From the NCBI GenBank assembly GCA_965207375.1, contig CBDBMG010000002.1, forward strand, positions 32,001-96,000: a DNA stretch of 64,000 nt. Reading direction: 5' to 3'. The notes below the pieces were generated by a model. It did not search any database, was not told the DNA's origin, and saw nothing but the letters and a program-made list of their open reading frames with translations. Position numbers and translations under genes: made by a program. How positions within the stretch are numbered: position 1 is the first letter of the stretch; each line of letters begins with the position of its first letter. Of this stretch, positions 17,061 through 30,460 are shown piece after piece. This stretch comes from Nitrosopumilaceae archaeon (GTDB lineage Archaea > Thermoproteota > Nitrososphaeria > Nitrososphaerales > Nitrosopumilaceae).

Positions 17061-17279
17061 TACCGAATATGCGATACATTTGGAAGTGATTTTAATTTGG
17101 CAGCTTGGCAAATTTGGCTTTAATCACCAAATTTTGTGTCCGCCAACACTGATTGTAGTCAAGTAATTCCTTTTATGTCAGTTTTATTAATCCTATTCGC
17201 CAAACTAAATGCCCACCAATTTGCATTACATTCCAATTCACTAAACTTAATGTTCGCCAAATGTACCGCATATACGGTA
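17061..17279. mobile_element. Tc1/mariner-pogo (Tc2-like) MITE with TA|CCG..CGG|TA ends
   Basis: taccgaatatgcgatacatttgg..ccaaatgtaccgcatatacggta. Confidence 0.7.
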
Positions 17280-18109
17280 TATGATGAAATTCGTGTTAAA
17301 GCATTATTTGAAAACTGAAATTACGTAGGTCAATTTTTACGTGTAGTATTCTCAAGCCCGGTCACACATTTCAGTGACTTTCTATATAATTATAAATTAT
17401 GTTATGGGTCATTAATATTCTATAGGAAATCATTGTATATTTAGTTATGAGGGGAAGCCATGCTAATGTGATTATCAATAAACTCAATCCCACAATGCAA
17501 TCATTTACATGTCAGTATAAATACTGTAGCAGTAGCTCATCTGTCTCTATTATTCAGCAAGTCCTGTATTCAGCAAGTCCTGTGTTAGGCAATGTGAGGG
17601 CTTTAGTCCATACCAAAACTTACCAATAATTTTTGAAGGCACTCCTATTATTGAATAGCACGGTGCCATGCCGAGTATATCTAAAGTGACGTATAATTTG
17701 CACAGCTATGTACTGACTTGCATATACGCAGGTTTAAAAGCAGTTTTACCTATTTGATAAATGTTGGATATGTTTGATTGTGGGTTTGAATTTTTAAATG
17801 CTGTTCTAAATCCAGTAATCTGTTCAGTTCCCTAACAAAATGCTATTAATGGACAATGCAAGTACTAAAATCCATACCAATACTTGAAGTACTGGATGCC
17901 TAAGGCATTGAGTACTTGTTGAATTTCTATTCCTATTATCACACGAATTTTGACTTGCAGAAGCTATTATCATACAGCCAAAAATAAAGGTTTAAGCATC
18001 AAACATATTCATATTCCCAATATTCATCAAGTCTTTGTTTAAACAGTGAAAGAGTGGATACCGAGATCACTGCTACAGGTAGAGAGTTCTACATAATATT
18101 ATTGACAAT

Positions 18110-18275
18110 TCTCTGAGTATGTAAAGAAATTTGATTTTAGATGACTTTTCCATAACTTTATGTGATGGCCTCTCGTGTTTTGGACTGTACTTAACATAAA
18201 GAACTTGGTTCAATCAATGTCAAAGTACCCATTTAGCATTTTATATACCTCAATAAGATTACCGCATTGCCGTCA
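18110..18275 (-). mobile_element. Decayed CR1/L2 LINE 3' fragment
   Basis: Minus strand reads RQCGNLIEVYKMLNGYFDID..TRGH, the same C-terminal motifs as the LINE ORF at 34321-35835. Confidence 0.6.
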
Positions 18276-19151
18276 ACAAAATAAGGAATAAATTCCAAGT
18301 TCTCTTAATCTCGGAGTATTAAAGATGACACTAAATGTAATACTGTATGTTATATTGATTTTCAATAGAGATGTACTCTGCAGTTGTTGATATTTGTAAC
18401 TACGTGTGTACGTATTTCAAATAAAGATAATGTGAAAACATTCCAACACCACATTAAAATTTTTCAAAGCCAGGTTGCAAGTATTTGGAATGTACGTACG
18501 TACGTACCTACGTATCAAATGAAACTCACTGGTGTCAACCATGCCTATGATTCAACAACCTTTCCGGAATGTAACATGTTGAACTCCTCCAAAAATGTAG
18601 TTCCCTAGCAATACCTTTAAGATACGTATGTACCTACTCAACTAAATTGTCCAAAGATTTTGTACCAACTGTTGTTACGTTTGATTGGTAAAAGTACACT
18701 GCTTTGGAGGTCCAGAGAAAATTATAAAATTTTGCAATTGATCTTTCATTATGTCAGACCATACATAAAATTGATCTGACATTTATGGTCACTCTTACAG
18801 TCCACCAAACATATACAACTCAATCCTTTAGGCTCCCTCCTTATTATTTGATCTGACGATCTGTCAGACTGTACCTCATTATTGTCTGACAAATATGCTA
18901 CGTACTTGGCCTAGGAATGTTGACAGGCTATTATAATTGTCTTTGAGGTCTTAAAATCAGACATATGTAGTTCAGCATAGGCAGCAGAAGTAGGATGGCC
19001 AGGGTCATGGTCCCTCTTAAATTTTAAGGCTCTCCATAGAAATTCAATTTTTGCAATAGAAAGAGTTTAGCAAAGTGGCCTCCGCATCTTTTAGTAGCTT
19101 CCTCCACCACTGCTTAGGTATTAAAATGCTACTAGGCATACGTACATATAC

Positions 19152-19979
19152 TAGAGATGCAACAACATATCGATATATCGCCATATCGTGATACATTAGG
19201 CAGTGATACTGTATCGATACATATTTAGGTCGTATCAATATATCGAATATCGTGATATATCAATGTATCGACAACAAAACCGTATACTTGTATACACAGT
19301 GCTGTAGGGCAACTTATTATCGAGCTTTAGACAAAAGTTTCGTGGATTAATTTTCAAGGATGAGCAAACCTGGCAAGATGCGATATATCAGTCGTTCGAC
19401 ACGTGCTGAGGCAAAGCACGAATCGCAAGGGTCTCGTGACCATCGCAAGTATGTAATTACGTAATGCATAGCAGCATAGATTATAAAAGGGGCACGAACC
19501 TTCGCTATCCTTTATAACCTTCTGAACTTCTTTATTGCTGAAACTATTCCACTGGTAGAAATTACCCCAGATAAACTACCGCTTGGCGATGGCAAGGGAG
19601 TTTTAACGTCACTTTCCAGCACAACTGCCGGTCGACACGTATGTTATTGTATGGGCTCCCCAGCTATAGCTACCTATAATTAGCTAGGGTTAAAAATTTC
19701 AAGGATAATATTTTCGAGGTTCTGTAAAAATCCTCGAAATCCTTGAAAATTTTTATCCTCGAAAATAAGTCGCCCTACGGTATTTTATGACGATGCTGTA
19801 GTTTGTATATTGTGGTTGCCAGTTTTACAGCTCTGCAACTATTTTAGTGCTTACAATTTTGGAGAAAAGTTCTAAAAATCAGCTAATTCACACTTAACCA
19901 TATCCAACAATATATCGCTGTATCGTGATACAAAAGTGGCAATATATCGATATCCAAATTGTGTATCGTTATACCTCTA
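19152..19979. mobile_element. hAT-type MITE containing a nested TA-flanked MITE (about 19302-19782)
   Basis: Ends TAGAGATG..TACCTCTA with ATCG-rich subtermini and TSD ACATATAC/ACATATCC. The inner element has inverted ends gtagggcaacttatt..cgag / ctcgaaaataagtcgccctacggta. Confidence 0.7.
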
Positions 19980-21512
19980 ACATATCCGTAACTGCTAGGA
20001 GAGACTGGAATAGTAACTTTTACTGGCGGTTAATGTATATCTGCGCTTGTTTATTTGCAGCTGAAAATGAAACAACTTTTGAGATGTTTGTAAACAAACT
20101 TGTTGAGAGCTGCAAGTATATTACATTAACAAAGCATTAATGATACATACTTGACATTATAGATACAAATGTAATAATGCCTACAATGAATGAATGGATC
20201 GTTTTCTTGATCTTCTAATTAGCATTTAAATGCTACATATATATACTGGCATGTATTAGCAATGATTGTGGGATTCAGTTTTCAGGGTGTCAAAGGTGAA
20301 TTACAAAGGTTTGCATGAAAGTGCATATTTTCCATAATTTTATTTTGGTGTTTTAATTTAAACCCACAATCAATTGTAATAACAGTTAGTAAAAAAGACA
20401 TGACTACTTATGAATGTTTTGGGATATGATGTTTCCACTGATTTGTTGATCAGAGTAAGGAATTTTTGGAAGAATCAAACAAAACCATGTTGGATTCTGT
20501 TCTGCAACTGGTAATATCTGATGGTAGCTAAGTTTTGAGAGCTTTAAAATTTGCGAGGTTTTGTTTATGCTGTTGACAGATTAAACTTGTGTGTCAATAT
20601 ATAACTCCATACATGTCCTATTAGTGCATCAACCAATGTCAATGTATACTCTTTGTCTAACCTTCAAAGCTTCAACAAGTGTTTCTTACTACACAAATTT
20701 ACTTACTGTGTTTTTGTCACAGATTTAATGTTAAATACATTACAAAAGTTACCTACAAAATACTTTCTTCTCTGTGAGGTACTCATGTAATAACAGCCGA
20801 CAACTATAAATCCTTTTGGCTGCTCACTTAAGAGGTAAGGGATGCACAAATTACCAGCATACTCCATTATGTAGTTTATATAAACATTTTGAATATTACA
20901 TTTAACAGTCAAAGGTTGGTACCTTCGAATGTTTGTTTATGCACTACATAATATTATGTCGATATACATAGTTTTAAATACGTAAAATCACGAAATTGGT
21001 TACCCTGCATGTTAAAACTGAATCCCACAATCAAATGTTATAAGTGCCAATATATTAGGCTGAAGGGCAGTTGAGAGCAGATTGTGTTCTATGTTACAAT
21101 TTAATGGTCAAATCTTCGTTTCCCTGAAAGGAATAGAAATTTTTGGAAGAGGTTTTTTGGGGGGACTCAAAAAACCACACAAAATAACACAAAAGATATT
21201 TGTGACCGATTTTGGAAAACAGTTACAAATCACACATGAAATCCAGTGTATTTCTGCATGTATTTAATGATATTTCTACTTATGTGTATGTTATTTTTTA
21301 CATTCTTTCAGTAATTTGAGCATTGAATTCCTTGTAGTGCTATGAAATATTATTGGTGTAGCGTTTAGGGGATTATTAATAGCAAAGAATGGCAACTGAA
21401 CACAGCGTATAACCACACTCTATTTATAGTACAGTGGGAAAACCTATAGCTAGGATGTTTACAGAGGTGACAGTAAGCTTGTTTACAAAAACAAGTGTGT
21501 TTACCTATTACA

Positions 21513-23291
21513 CTAGAATGATAAAAAATTTAAAATTTAAATGGTGAGTAGGGATCGAAGGGATCCACTAGTACAGTGCTACAAAAAGTAAGGAAACAAG
21601 AAATAAGATTCTGGCACAAATGAACACTGAAGATTCTGGTAAGAGATAATTTATAAAAGTTTAATCCCTACTTTTGGCTCATATTAGAGCTGTGCAATAC
21701 TATCGATACTACCCGGTATCGTGATATCAAGCAGTATCGATCTACTTCAAGCTTTGGTATCGTAGGTATCGATTATGCAACATATAACCAGACAGGTGAT
21801 GATTTTGGGTCACATTTTCAACTGATTTGGATCAAACTTGTTGGATAAGATCTCTATTAATGTGATAAAATTTGCAACTTCATATACTAAGTGTGAAAAG
21901 ACCAAATTTTATATGCACATTAGCCTGGTTATCTCATGTAGGCCATATCATGTGAAATGTCAATACCTAAAGTATATCGTGATACCCTGACTATGGTATC
22001 GTGATACGCAAACTTGAGGTGGTATCGCACAGCTCTAGCTCATATTAGTCATTATAGTACATTTGCCAAAAGTAGGGATTAAACTTTTATAAATTATCTC
22101 TTACCAGAATCTTCAGTGTTCATTTGTGCCAGAATCTTATTTCTTGTTTCCTTACTTTTTGTAGCACTGTACTAGTGGATCCCTTCGATCCCTACTCACC
22201 ATTTAAATTTTAAATTTTTTATTATTCTAGTTTGTAACCTTTTTATAGGGTATTATAATAATCATTCAGATGCCTACATAGCAGCTACACAAAATTATAC
22301 AGGCGCTTACATAATTATGGCTTCTTTACAGGCGCTTGTTAACAACTTGCTTGTGTAGCAAAGCAGCTGTGCAAGCAAATTACGTCCTTTAAAAACAGCG
22401 AATATATTTGTCCAGCTGCTTGTCGATGTTCAGCTTATAATCAGGAACATCGATAAGTGGCTGGCGCGTAAATTAGTCTGGCGCGTCAATTGGTCTGGCG
22501 TGCGAGACAAAGACTGGTGTGCGTTTCAGTTGAATTAGTTTAGTTATAATTTATGGAGTCGTATAAAGTATAATCGTTTTGGAATAGTTGTTAGTTATCA
22601 AGTAATGTAACAGTGGATGTGGCGTAAGTTGATGCTGTGTGTTTTTGTGTAATGGGATAGCAACTACGTGTGTATGCGCATGCGCAACATTTAAGTATTG
22701 TAGCCTAGAATGCTTCTAAGCCATAACACAATATTCCCTCTGAAAACATCGAAGACATATGCAACATTCCATGCATGAAGCGATTTGTAACTATAAAACG
22801 GCAGGTGCACACTATTGTACCTGTTTACACCTTGTATGGAATGTTGTGGTCAAGCTGAAATTGTTTACGCATTCCAATCGATAGAGAAGAAAGTAAAGAA
22901 AGGAAGTATAAAAGAATCACCATGGCGCAGTGGATAAATCGTCTTCGGAACAACAGTTTCGTAAATGGGAAGGGATAACCTTTGCTGTGCTGAATTTCTG
23001 GAGCCATACACCTAGCGAAACCCGGTCTTACGGCAGGCAGGCCGGCAGGCTGGCAGGCCGGCAGACGAAATCCAGGTGATTTTCGAATTTTTTAAAATTC
23101 ACTATAGATCGAAATAATCGACATTTCACTTTGTTAAACAAATGTAAAGCATTATTATAGCTGTGCCAGTGCGTTTAAGTTGGTTTTTTCGGCTAAAGTA
23201 TATTGTAAGGTGGGTTTTTAGACGTGTGAAAATTCCGCATTCCATACATTCCTTATCGATCCCTATTATTAAGTACTACCGTACTTAATGA
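21513..23291 (-). mobile_element. Helitron-like non-autonomous element (family 1, copy A) inserted in the 3' LTR
   Basis: The intact 5' LTR defines the insertion exactly, with no TSD. Minus strand reads TCATTAAGTAC-GGTA-GTACTTAAT...CATTCTAG. Terminal palindrome at 21513-22230. Confidence 0.88.
21685..22037. mobile_element. hAT-type MITE inserted at the loop of the family-1 palindrome
   Basis: TIR TAGAGCTGTGC..GCACAGCTCTA with a perfect 8-bp TSD, GCTCATAT. Confidence 0.92.
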
Positions 23292-23422
23292 ATATCACCA
23301 TAAAACGAAGTGCTAATAAAAGTGTAAATTATAACTAATTCCATACACAATAACAATGTGTGTTACAGGATTCTATTTACTTAGCTATAGTGTATGCATT
23401 ATGTCACATCTCCCTCCTGAGC

Positions 23423-26400
23423 TCAATCATATGTCAATCTGTTTGGTGGTCTAATGTCAGCACCAGTTTGGGTTCTAGTCATGATTCTGTTTCTTTCAGG
23501 TTCAGCACTTGTGGTCGAAGTAGAATAGTCATCTGTTCGGCTCAGTCTTTGGTTGAGATGTTGTCTGTTCCTGCGTACTAGTCCGGAAGGTGTAGTCACA
23601 AGGTAAGATCGGGGAGTACCAACATTGGATACAACTCTTCCAGGGGTTTGGTTATTACCAGTTGTCACCCACACTAGTGAATCATCAGGTAATGTATCAA
23701 CTGGTTTCACACGATGTCGACGGTCATAGTCCTTTTTCTGCTTCTCTTTAAACTTGTTTTCTTTTTGTTGAAAATCAGGAAGGAAGTGCCATTGCGGAGT
23801 GAAATGATTGGCTGTTTGAGGAATGTCTGTCTTGACTTTTCTACCCATTGAAAGCTCTGAAGGGCTGAAGTTACACCATGGAAGTGGTGTGGATCGATAG
23901 CTAAGCAATGCTAAATAAGGATCATTTGTTTGCCTTAATAATGCCTTTATGATTTTCACTGTCCTTTCAACCAAACCATTGCTCTGTGGGTAGTGAGGGC
24001 TGCTTGTAATATGATTGAAACCGTAAGTATTAGCAAACTCTTTCATATCACTAGAATCAAACTGTGGTCCATTGTCACTCATCAGCACAGAAGGAATACC
24101 ATGGCGAGAGAAAATGGATTTAAGACTGGAAATTACTGACTTGGAAGTGGTAGAAGTGAGTTGTATTACTTCTGGGTATCTCGAGAAGTAATCCACAACT
24201 AATAGGTAGGTCGACCCATTAAGTTGGAACAAATCAGCTGCAACTCTTTCCCAAGGATGATTCGGCAAAGGTGTAGTCAGTAGGGGTTCCCTGGGGTTGG
24301 GAGCTAGCTTCACGCATTCTGGACATTTTTGCACAAAAGCTTCTATATCTTTTGAAATTCCTGGCTACCAAACGGAGGAAGTTGCTCTGAGACGGCATCG
24401 CACTATGCCCTGGTGACCAGTGTGTATCTTCTGTAACGTTACTGCTTGTAGCTGCTTTGGAACTACTATTCTTCCCCCATAAAGGAGTAGCTCGTCATGA
24501 AATTGCCTCTGACACTCCAGTAGGGCATTAATTCAGGATCATTGCAGATTTTTGGCCATTCTGATTTGCAGTGAGAGATAACTCGGGAGCAAACTGAGTC
24601 TGTTGCTTGAGCCTTTTGGTACACTTGAAGTCGCTGGCAAGTGAGAAGTAATAGTAGCAATAAATATTTCTGTTTCAGATTGCTTCTCTCATGTTTGAGG
24701 ATCAGTATTGTTGTCCCTCAGTGGAGCTCTAGATAATGTGTCTGCAGTATAGAGAAGTTTCCCAGGAACATGTTGAATTGAGTAGCTGAATCTCATCAGT
24801 CTCAGACGAAATCTCAATACTCTTGGTGGGAGATTGTCTAGCTGTTTACACCCTAATAGTGGAACTAGTGGTTTGTGGTCAGTCTCAATACTGATATGTT
24901 TTCCCAGAATGTAGGTAGAGAATTTCTCACAAGCCCAAGTGATAGCAAGAGCTTCTTTCTCGATTTGAGTATATCTAGTCTCTGTCTCTGACATTGCTCG
25001 GGAAGCATAAGCCACTGGTCGCCATTCCTGGTTTTTCTGAAAAAGCACAGCACCCAAACCATGAGAGGAGGCATCAGCAGAAATTTTAGTGTCTGCCTGT
25101 GGGTCATACAAGGCCAAAACTGTGTGTGCTGTTAGTTCAGCTTTCACCTTAACAAATGCTTCCTCTTGAGCTGGTCCCCAGTTCCAGGCTCGTTTGGTGC
25201 TGAGCAACTCTCTCATTGCCTTAGACAGATCAGCAATTCGTGGAGAGAATTTCCCCAACTGATTGACCATCCCCATGAAACGTCTCAGTTCAGTTGTAGA
25301 CTTTGGTGAAGCCATTTTGCTAATTGCGGCTGTCTTCTGGGGATCAGGAGAGATGCCTTTCCCATCAATAGTGTGACCTAGGAAAGTTAATGAGGTTTTG
25401 TTAAACTCACATTTGTCTTTGTTAAGGGTAACACCAGCTGCTTGAATTTTCTCCAAGGCTGCAGTCAATCTGGTATCATGTTCCTTCTGGTCTTTCCCAA
25501 AGATCAGGATATCGTCCATCAAACATAGAACCCCTGCTAGACCATCAAGGATTGTGCTCATTCTTTTCTGAAAATGTTCAGGAGCACTTGAAATAACAAA
25601 TGGGAGCTTATTAAAGTAGTAGCGCCCAAAGGGTGTAATAAATGTGGTTAACTCACAGGAATCCTTAGACAGTGGTATCTGCCAGAATCCACTGTTGGCA
25701 TCTAGCTTGCTCATCACAGTGGCTCCAGTTAGTTGTGCTAATGTCTCGTCTACACCAGGTAATGGATGTGTCTCTCTGAGAACACTTTCATTAAGAGGTT
25801 TCAAGTCGACACAAATACGAACATCACCAGACTTTTTGGGAACCACCACCATTCTAGCACACCAGCGGGTTGGCTTGTCGACTTTGGATATCACTCCAAG
25901 CTTCTCCATGCGTATCAACTCCTGCTTAACTTTTACACGGAGTGGTATTGGAACATTTCTCGCAGTATAGAGAGCATAAGGCTTAGCATCTGATTTCAAC
26001 TGGATCTGGTAGTCTCCTTTAAGAGTGCCCAGGCCTTGAAATAGTCTAGGAAAGCTCTTTTGAACATTCCCTGGCTGTATGCTGTCTACCTTAGTGAGGA
26101 GCTGTAGGGCTATGATTGCTGGTAGCCCCAGTAGATTGTTTTTCAGGCCCTCTACGATATAGATAGGCTGCTTGCAGGATCTCCCTTCATAGGTGAGTTG
26201 AACAACCGCTTGACCCAGCACATTTAGTGGTTGATTGTTTGGTCCGCACAAAATTTTGCATGATTTCTCCAGCTTAGTGTTTTTGAGAATATTGTAGGTT
26301 TTGGTAGATATTGCAGTAGCCTCGGCTCCAGTATCAAGCTTGAATAACATCTCCTGGCTATTTATTTTAATTGGAGCTGTCCATGAAGTGCCTTTTATCT

Positions 26401-27232
26401 CATGGATGGTGTCAAGGAAGCTGCTGTTTTCCAGCTGCTCTTCTGAGACTGTAGCAACTGCTTTGCTGCGGCATACTAAACTGTAGTGACCCTTTTTATT
26501 GCATTTGTGGCAGATCACCTGTCTGGCGGGACAGCTTTGTTTCAGGTGAGGTCCTTTTCCACAGTATGAGCATTTTTGACCCTGCGGAGGTCGTGGAGTG
26601 GTACCTTGCGATTGTCGGCTGCGGGAATTTCCGGGTCTCTTAGCTGGCTTCCGTGAACTAAAGGTTTGAACAAGAATTACCCCCTCTGGTTTACTCAAGA
26701 TAGCCTGTTGTCCACGTACTGCTTCTTGTTGACGAACCATTCGTTTTACATTCTCAAGAATCAAATTTGGGTCCATCTGCAGCTTTGTAGAGAGTGAAGA
26801 ATCTCGAATTCCGACGACAATTCGGTCTCGAATCAACTGTTCCTTGAGCTCACCAAATTCGCAGTCTGCTGCTAGACTGTATAAGGAAGTAATGAACTGT
26901 TCAGCAGTTTCTGTTTCCCCTTGGGAGCGTTGATTGAACCGAGCTCTTTCAAAAATCACATTTTTCCTGACTTTGAAAAATTCATTGAATTTCTGTAAGA
27001 CATCTGCAAACTTTTTCTGGCTTTCTACAGTAATGTTTGTTGAGGTTAGCACGTCATCGGCTTCTTCTCCAAGGCAGTAGAGCAGAGTGCTTACTTGGCG
27101 CTCGTAATCTTCTTTAGCCAGCCCTGAGGCAATTCGGTATTGCTTGAAACGTCTCTTCCACTTTGGCCACTCGTCGGGCGAGTTGAAAGGGAACGGAGCA
27201 GGAGTCTGCAGTACCGATGCTAGATATGCCAT
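23423..27232 (-). pseudogene. Gypsy gag-pol polyprotein (gag with CCHC knuckles, protease, RT, RNase H, integrase), disrupted between RNase H and integrase
   Basis: Likely ATG at 27232 (MAYLAS), just after the PBS. Motifs: CSYCGKGPH..C, CHKCNKKGHY..C, KLDTGA, LMDDIL, ADASSHGLG, TDHKPL. Stop at 24689 and frameshifts to about 24334. Integrase rve motifs VAADLF..SDNGPQF..SNGLVER. Confidence 0.95.
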
Positions 27233-27784
27233 ATACCACTTCTGACACCATGTAGCGTTTAGGGGATTATTAATAGCAAAGAACAGCAACTGAACACAGG
27301 GTATAACCACACTCTATTTATAGTACAGTGGGAAAACCTATGGCTAGGATGTTTACAAAGGTGACAGTAAGCTTGTTTACAAAAACAAGTGTGTTTACCT
27401 ATTACAATATCACCATAAAACAAAGTGCTAATAAAAGTGTAAATTATAACTAATTCCATACACAATAACAATGTGTGTTACAGGATTCTATTTACTTAGC
27501 TATAGTGTATGCATTATGTCACAATTGGGAATGCAATATTTTTCATGTTGCAGTGATAAATATACTGAAATAAAAATGTGTGATTTGGAACTGTTTTCCA
27601 AAATCCGGTCACATTTAAATAAATCATAAAATAAATAAATCATATATCAGAGCTGTAGCAAGCTGAAATGAAGTGGTATGACCAGGAGGAGAGTGATGAT
27701 GTGTGACCAAAGTGCAGAAAATTCGAATTTCATGAATATAATTTTTGTGAACTAACATTTTGACAAGAAGAGAAGTAAAAGGCT

Positions 27785-28002
27785 TTCAACCAGTAAGCTT
27801 TAATTTCCTTTACATTTGTTTGGAAGAAACAACATACAGTTGTACGGCAAAGTTTTCAATTGTTATGGTTTCATCATTGGAAATGAATAGGTTATGATGC
27901 TACAATAGATGCAGCCTTTTGCTTCTCCTGTTGCAAAGCTTCGCCGTACAACTGTTGTTTCTTTCAAACGAATGTAAAGGAAATTAAAGCTTACTGGTTG
28001 AA
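27785..28002. repeat. Fold-back element or MITE (arms about 75 bp)
   Basis: ttcaaccagtaagctttaatttcctttacatt.. versus ..aatgtaaaggaaattaaagcttactggttgaa. Confidence 0.8.
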
Positions 28003-29574
28003 GAGGATGACCAGGCAAATCTCGAATATCAGAAGATGAAGTTAACTATGTCTACGTATATCTAGTAAAACTACAAGGTTGATATAATACCATATAGTGT
28101 AATTTTTTGGCAGTGGGAAACTTTGACAAATTGTTGCCAATTTGTCGCAATTTTACTCATCAGTAAAGTGTTCCTGTGTGCTGTTTACAAGGGAAACCTT
28201 GCAAGCTGCTTTACAACTTTATTAACCAATGATTTGAGACTTATAAAACCAGTTTGTCTAATTTTTTAGAACCAAAAATTACGTTATATGGTAGCTAGCT
28301 GTTGGAGGAATGATTCTAGTGAATTGTGTGCAGTATATTAATCAAAATATTGAGGTTATAGCTTATAAAACTTAAATCTCAGGTTTTCTTGCTAAAACTG
28401 AAACCCACAATTAATAATTTTAGGTGAATGTATAAATACAGTATTTTAAGTGCTGCACTTGTGTTCACTTTTTCGATCAATTTATTTTATTTCTACAAAA
28501 CTTTTTGGAAGGGCTACTGTTACACGGTATGCCCTCACTCTTTACTAGAACTGTATGTGTGTAGGTAATGTTAATCCTTGGATAAGCATGGAGCTACAGC
28601 TGGTTGAAACTAGCTTTGTATTGTTTTTTGTAACGTTCCTTAAATGTGTAGCTTCCTCATGACATTATTGTGTATATTTATATTACAGTGGAAGGAGTTA
28701 ATGTGGACACTTGAAAACAAGGACACCCGCATAATCCACACACTTAGTTGAGGTCCCAAAGTAGCCCTTTAGTACATTAGCTGACCTGGAAAATCAGGAC
28801 ACCTTGATAATCAGGACTTGGTTTTGTCCCAAGATATCTATATTACATACACAGGTTCCAATAAGAATTTAATTTATGTATATAGCATCGATTTGTTCCT
28901 ATAGATGGTAAAGCATCAACTTGTTCCTAAAGCATCACACGTCACATTATACTTATCTAAATCCCTCAATGGTCTTCGCTATAATGCAATATCAGTAAAT
29001 TGTTGTGATCTTCAGTTCATAGTCACAGATCATTGTAAACCATAAAACCCAACCCAGTCAAGGAGCTACTGTCAGTGTTTGATATTTTCAGCTTGAGAGA
29101 CATATCTACTAAGTTGTATTGATTGTTGTCACATGTACAAGTAACCATGGTTACAATACCAACCAAACTAGTAGTTATTTTCATTGAAAGAGATCATTAT
29201 TCTCACTGTTCTAGTGTGTAAGGTGTAGATAGCTACGTACAACAGAGTGGATATCTCTAATGGTAAAATCAAATACTAGCTGTATACTTCACTGGCTTGG
29301 TTTATGTTGTTACAATGCTATGGGCCAGGTTTAAAATAACACCTAATATGTACTAAGGTATTGAGAACGAGTGTATCATCAATAAATAATACAAGTTACG
29401 TTTTAGACCTTTTCAGGGCTTCCAAAAATTTTATTTCTCTAGTAGTTTGTAGTGGAGAGGTCATGAACTTGTCAATGTTTTGGCTGCTCTTTTATACATC
29501 TACATGTGAAATCTGATTGTGGGTTTTAGTATATTAATTGTATTTACAGAAGTTTTATTATTTCTTGCAACAAC

Positions 29575-29726
29575 AAGGGCAAAATCTGTAAAGTGTAGAC
29601 CATCATAAAGCTTCTTAATTAGCAACAAATATGTTAATATTTCTTAGAAGCTTGTTTACCAAAAATGCATTCTTATGGCTAATTAAGAAGCCTTATGACG
29701 CTCTATGCTTCACAATTTTGCCCTTA
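29575..29726. repeat. Small fold-back element
   Basis: aagggcaaaat..gcttcttaattagc / gctaattaagaagc..attttgccctt. Confidence 0.65.
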
Positions 29727-30115
29727 AGGAGTAATAATATCTGTATACAACATTCACTAGACACTATATAGCTATCATTAAATTTAAACCATTGACATCG
29801 AAAATTATTCAGTAACTTTCAAGTAGTACTAAAAGTGTTTTTAACCCATTGCATATACATAACTACTATAACAGGCACAATATATATGTAGCTACATAGC
29901 TATGTATGTACATATGCATATAAGGTCAACTACTTCTTAAAGTATTTAATTATTTGTCCATGTGCTTATTTAGAACTCTAGGCAGTAGTTAACTTACATA
30001 ACTTTCATCTTAAGTATGTACCAATTTTTAGATAGTTTAATTATCACCTTGTTCTGATTTGTAAATACAATTTTAGATACGTATGTACATATAATGTATG
30101 TATTTCTGTCTTTAG

Positions 30116-30460
30116 GAGCTGCATCATTTGTTCATGTCAAAGGCTGATCTTAAACACAGTCTTCTCCAGCAGATCGACTCATTTGTTGCCTCCACTGCCA
30201 CCACTATTGCAACATACATCAACCCCGCTAATACTCAATCGAAAATTGTAGCAGATTTGTGCTGTAAAAAGAACGAGATACAAGAGGGTTGGTTAGTGGT
30301 AGTCGAACAGTTGACAATATTATGTGATGAAAGAACGTTAAGCACTCAAGTGATACGCCAGTGTGAGAAAGAGACCGGAATGATCATAGAAGGTGCTGAC
30401 TCACTTTCATCCGTTGGGGTTGATCTTACCGATGTGAAAAAGAAACACACAGCATGTCAA
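30116..30460 (+). CDS. Internal phase-0 exon (115 codons), helical and spectrin-repeat-like (nesprin/spectraplakin style)
   Basis: tttag|GAG..CAA|gtatgt, open throughout: ELHHLFMSKADLKHSLLQQID..KKNEIQEGWLVVVEQL..SSVGVDLTDVKKKHTACQ. The family assignment rests on residue pattern only. Confidence 0.55.

Larger units (their letters stand above)
21357..27523 (-). mobile_element. Near-complete Ty3/Gypsy LTR retrotransposon
   Basis: 273-bp TG..CA LTRs: 5' LTR at 27251-27523, 3' LTR at 21357-21512 plus 23292-23408, with about 6 differences counted by eye. TSD ATTGG at 21352-21356 and 27524-27528. PBS TGGTGTCAGAAGTGG (tRNA-Leu type) at 27250-27236. PPT AGGAGGGAGA at 23418-23409. Confidence 0.97.
21201..27613. 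mobile_element. TGTGACC-ended MITE of about 240 bp, split by the Gypsy insertion
   Basis: TIRs tgtgaccgattttggaaaacagttacaaatcacacat (21201) and atgtgtgatttggaactgttttccaaaatccggtcaca (ending 27613). A related copy without the Gypsy begins near 50272. Confidence 0.75.

Noticed and set aside
25644-26486. Plus-strand ORFs within the Gypsy pol
   Set aside because: They are antisense shadows of the coding strand.
27233-27310. N-terminal extension of the 873-aa ORF (MVIPCVQ..)
   Set aside because: It runs through the LTR and PBS. The plausible start is the ATG at 27232.
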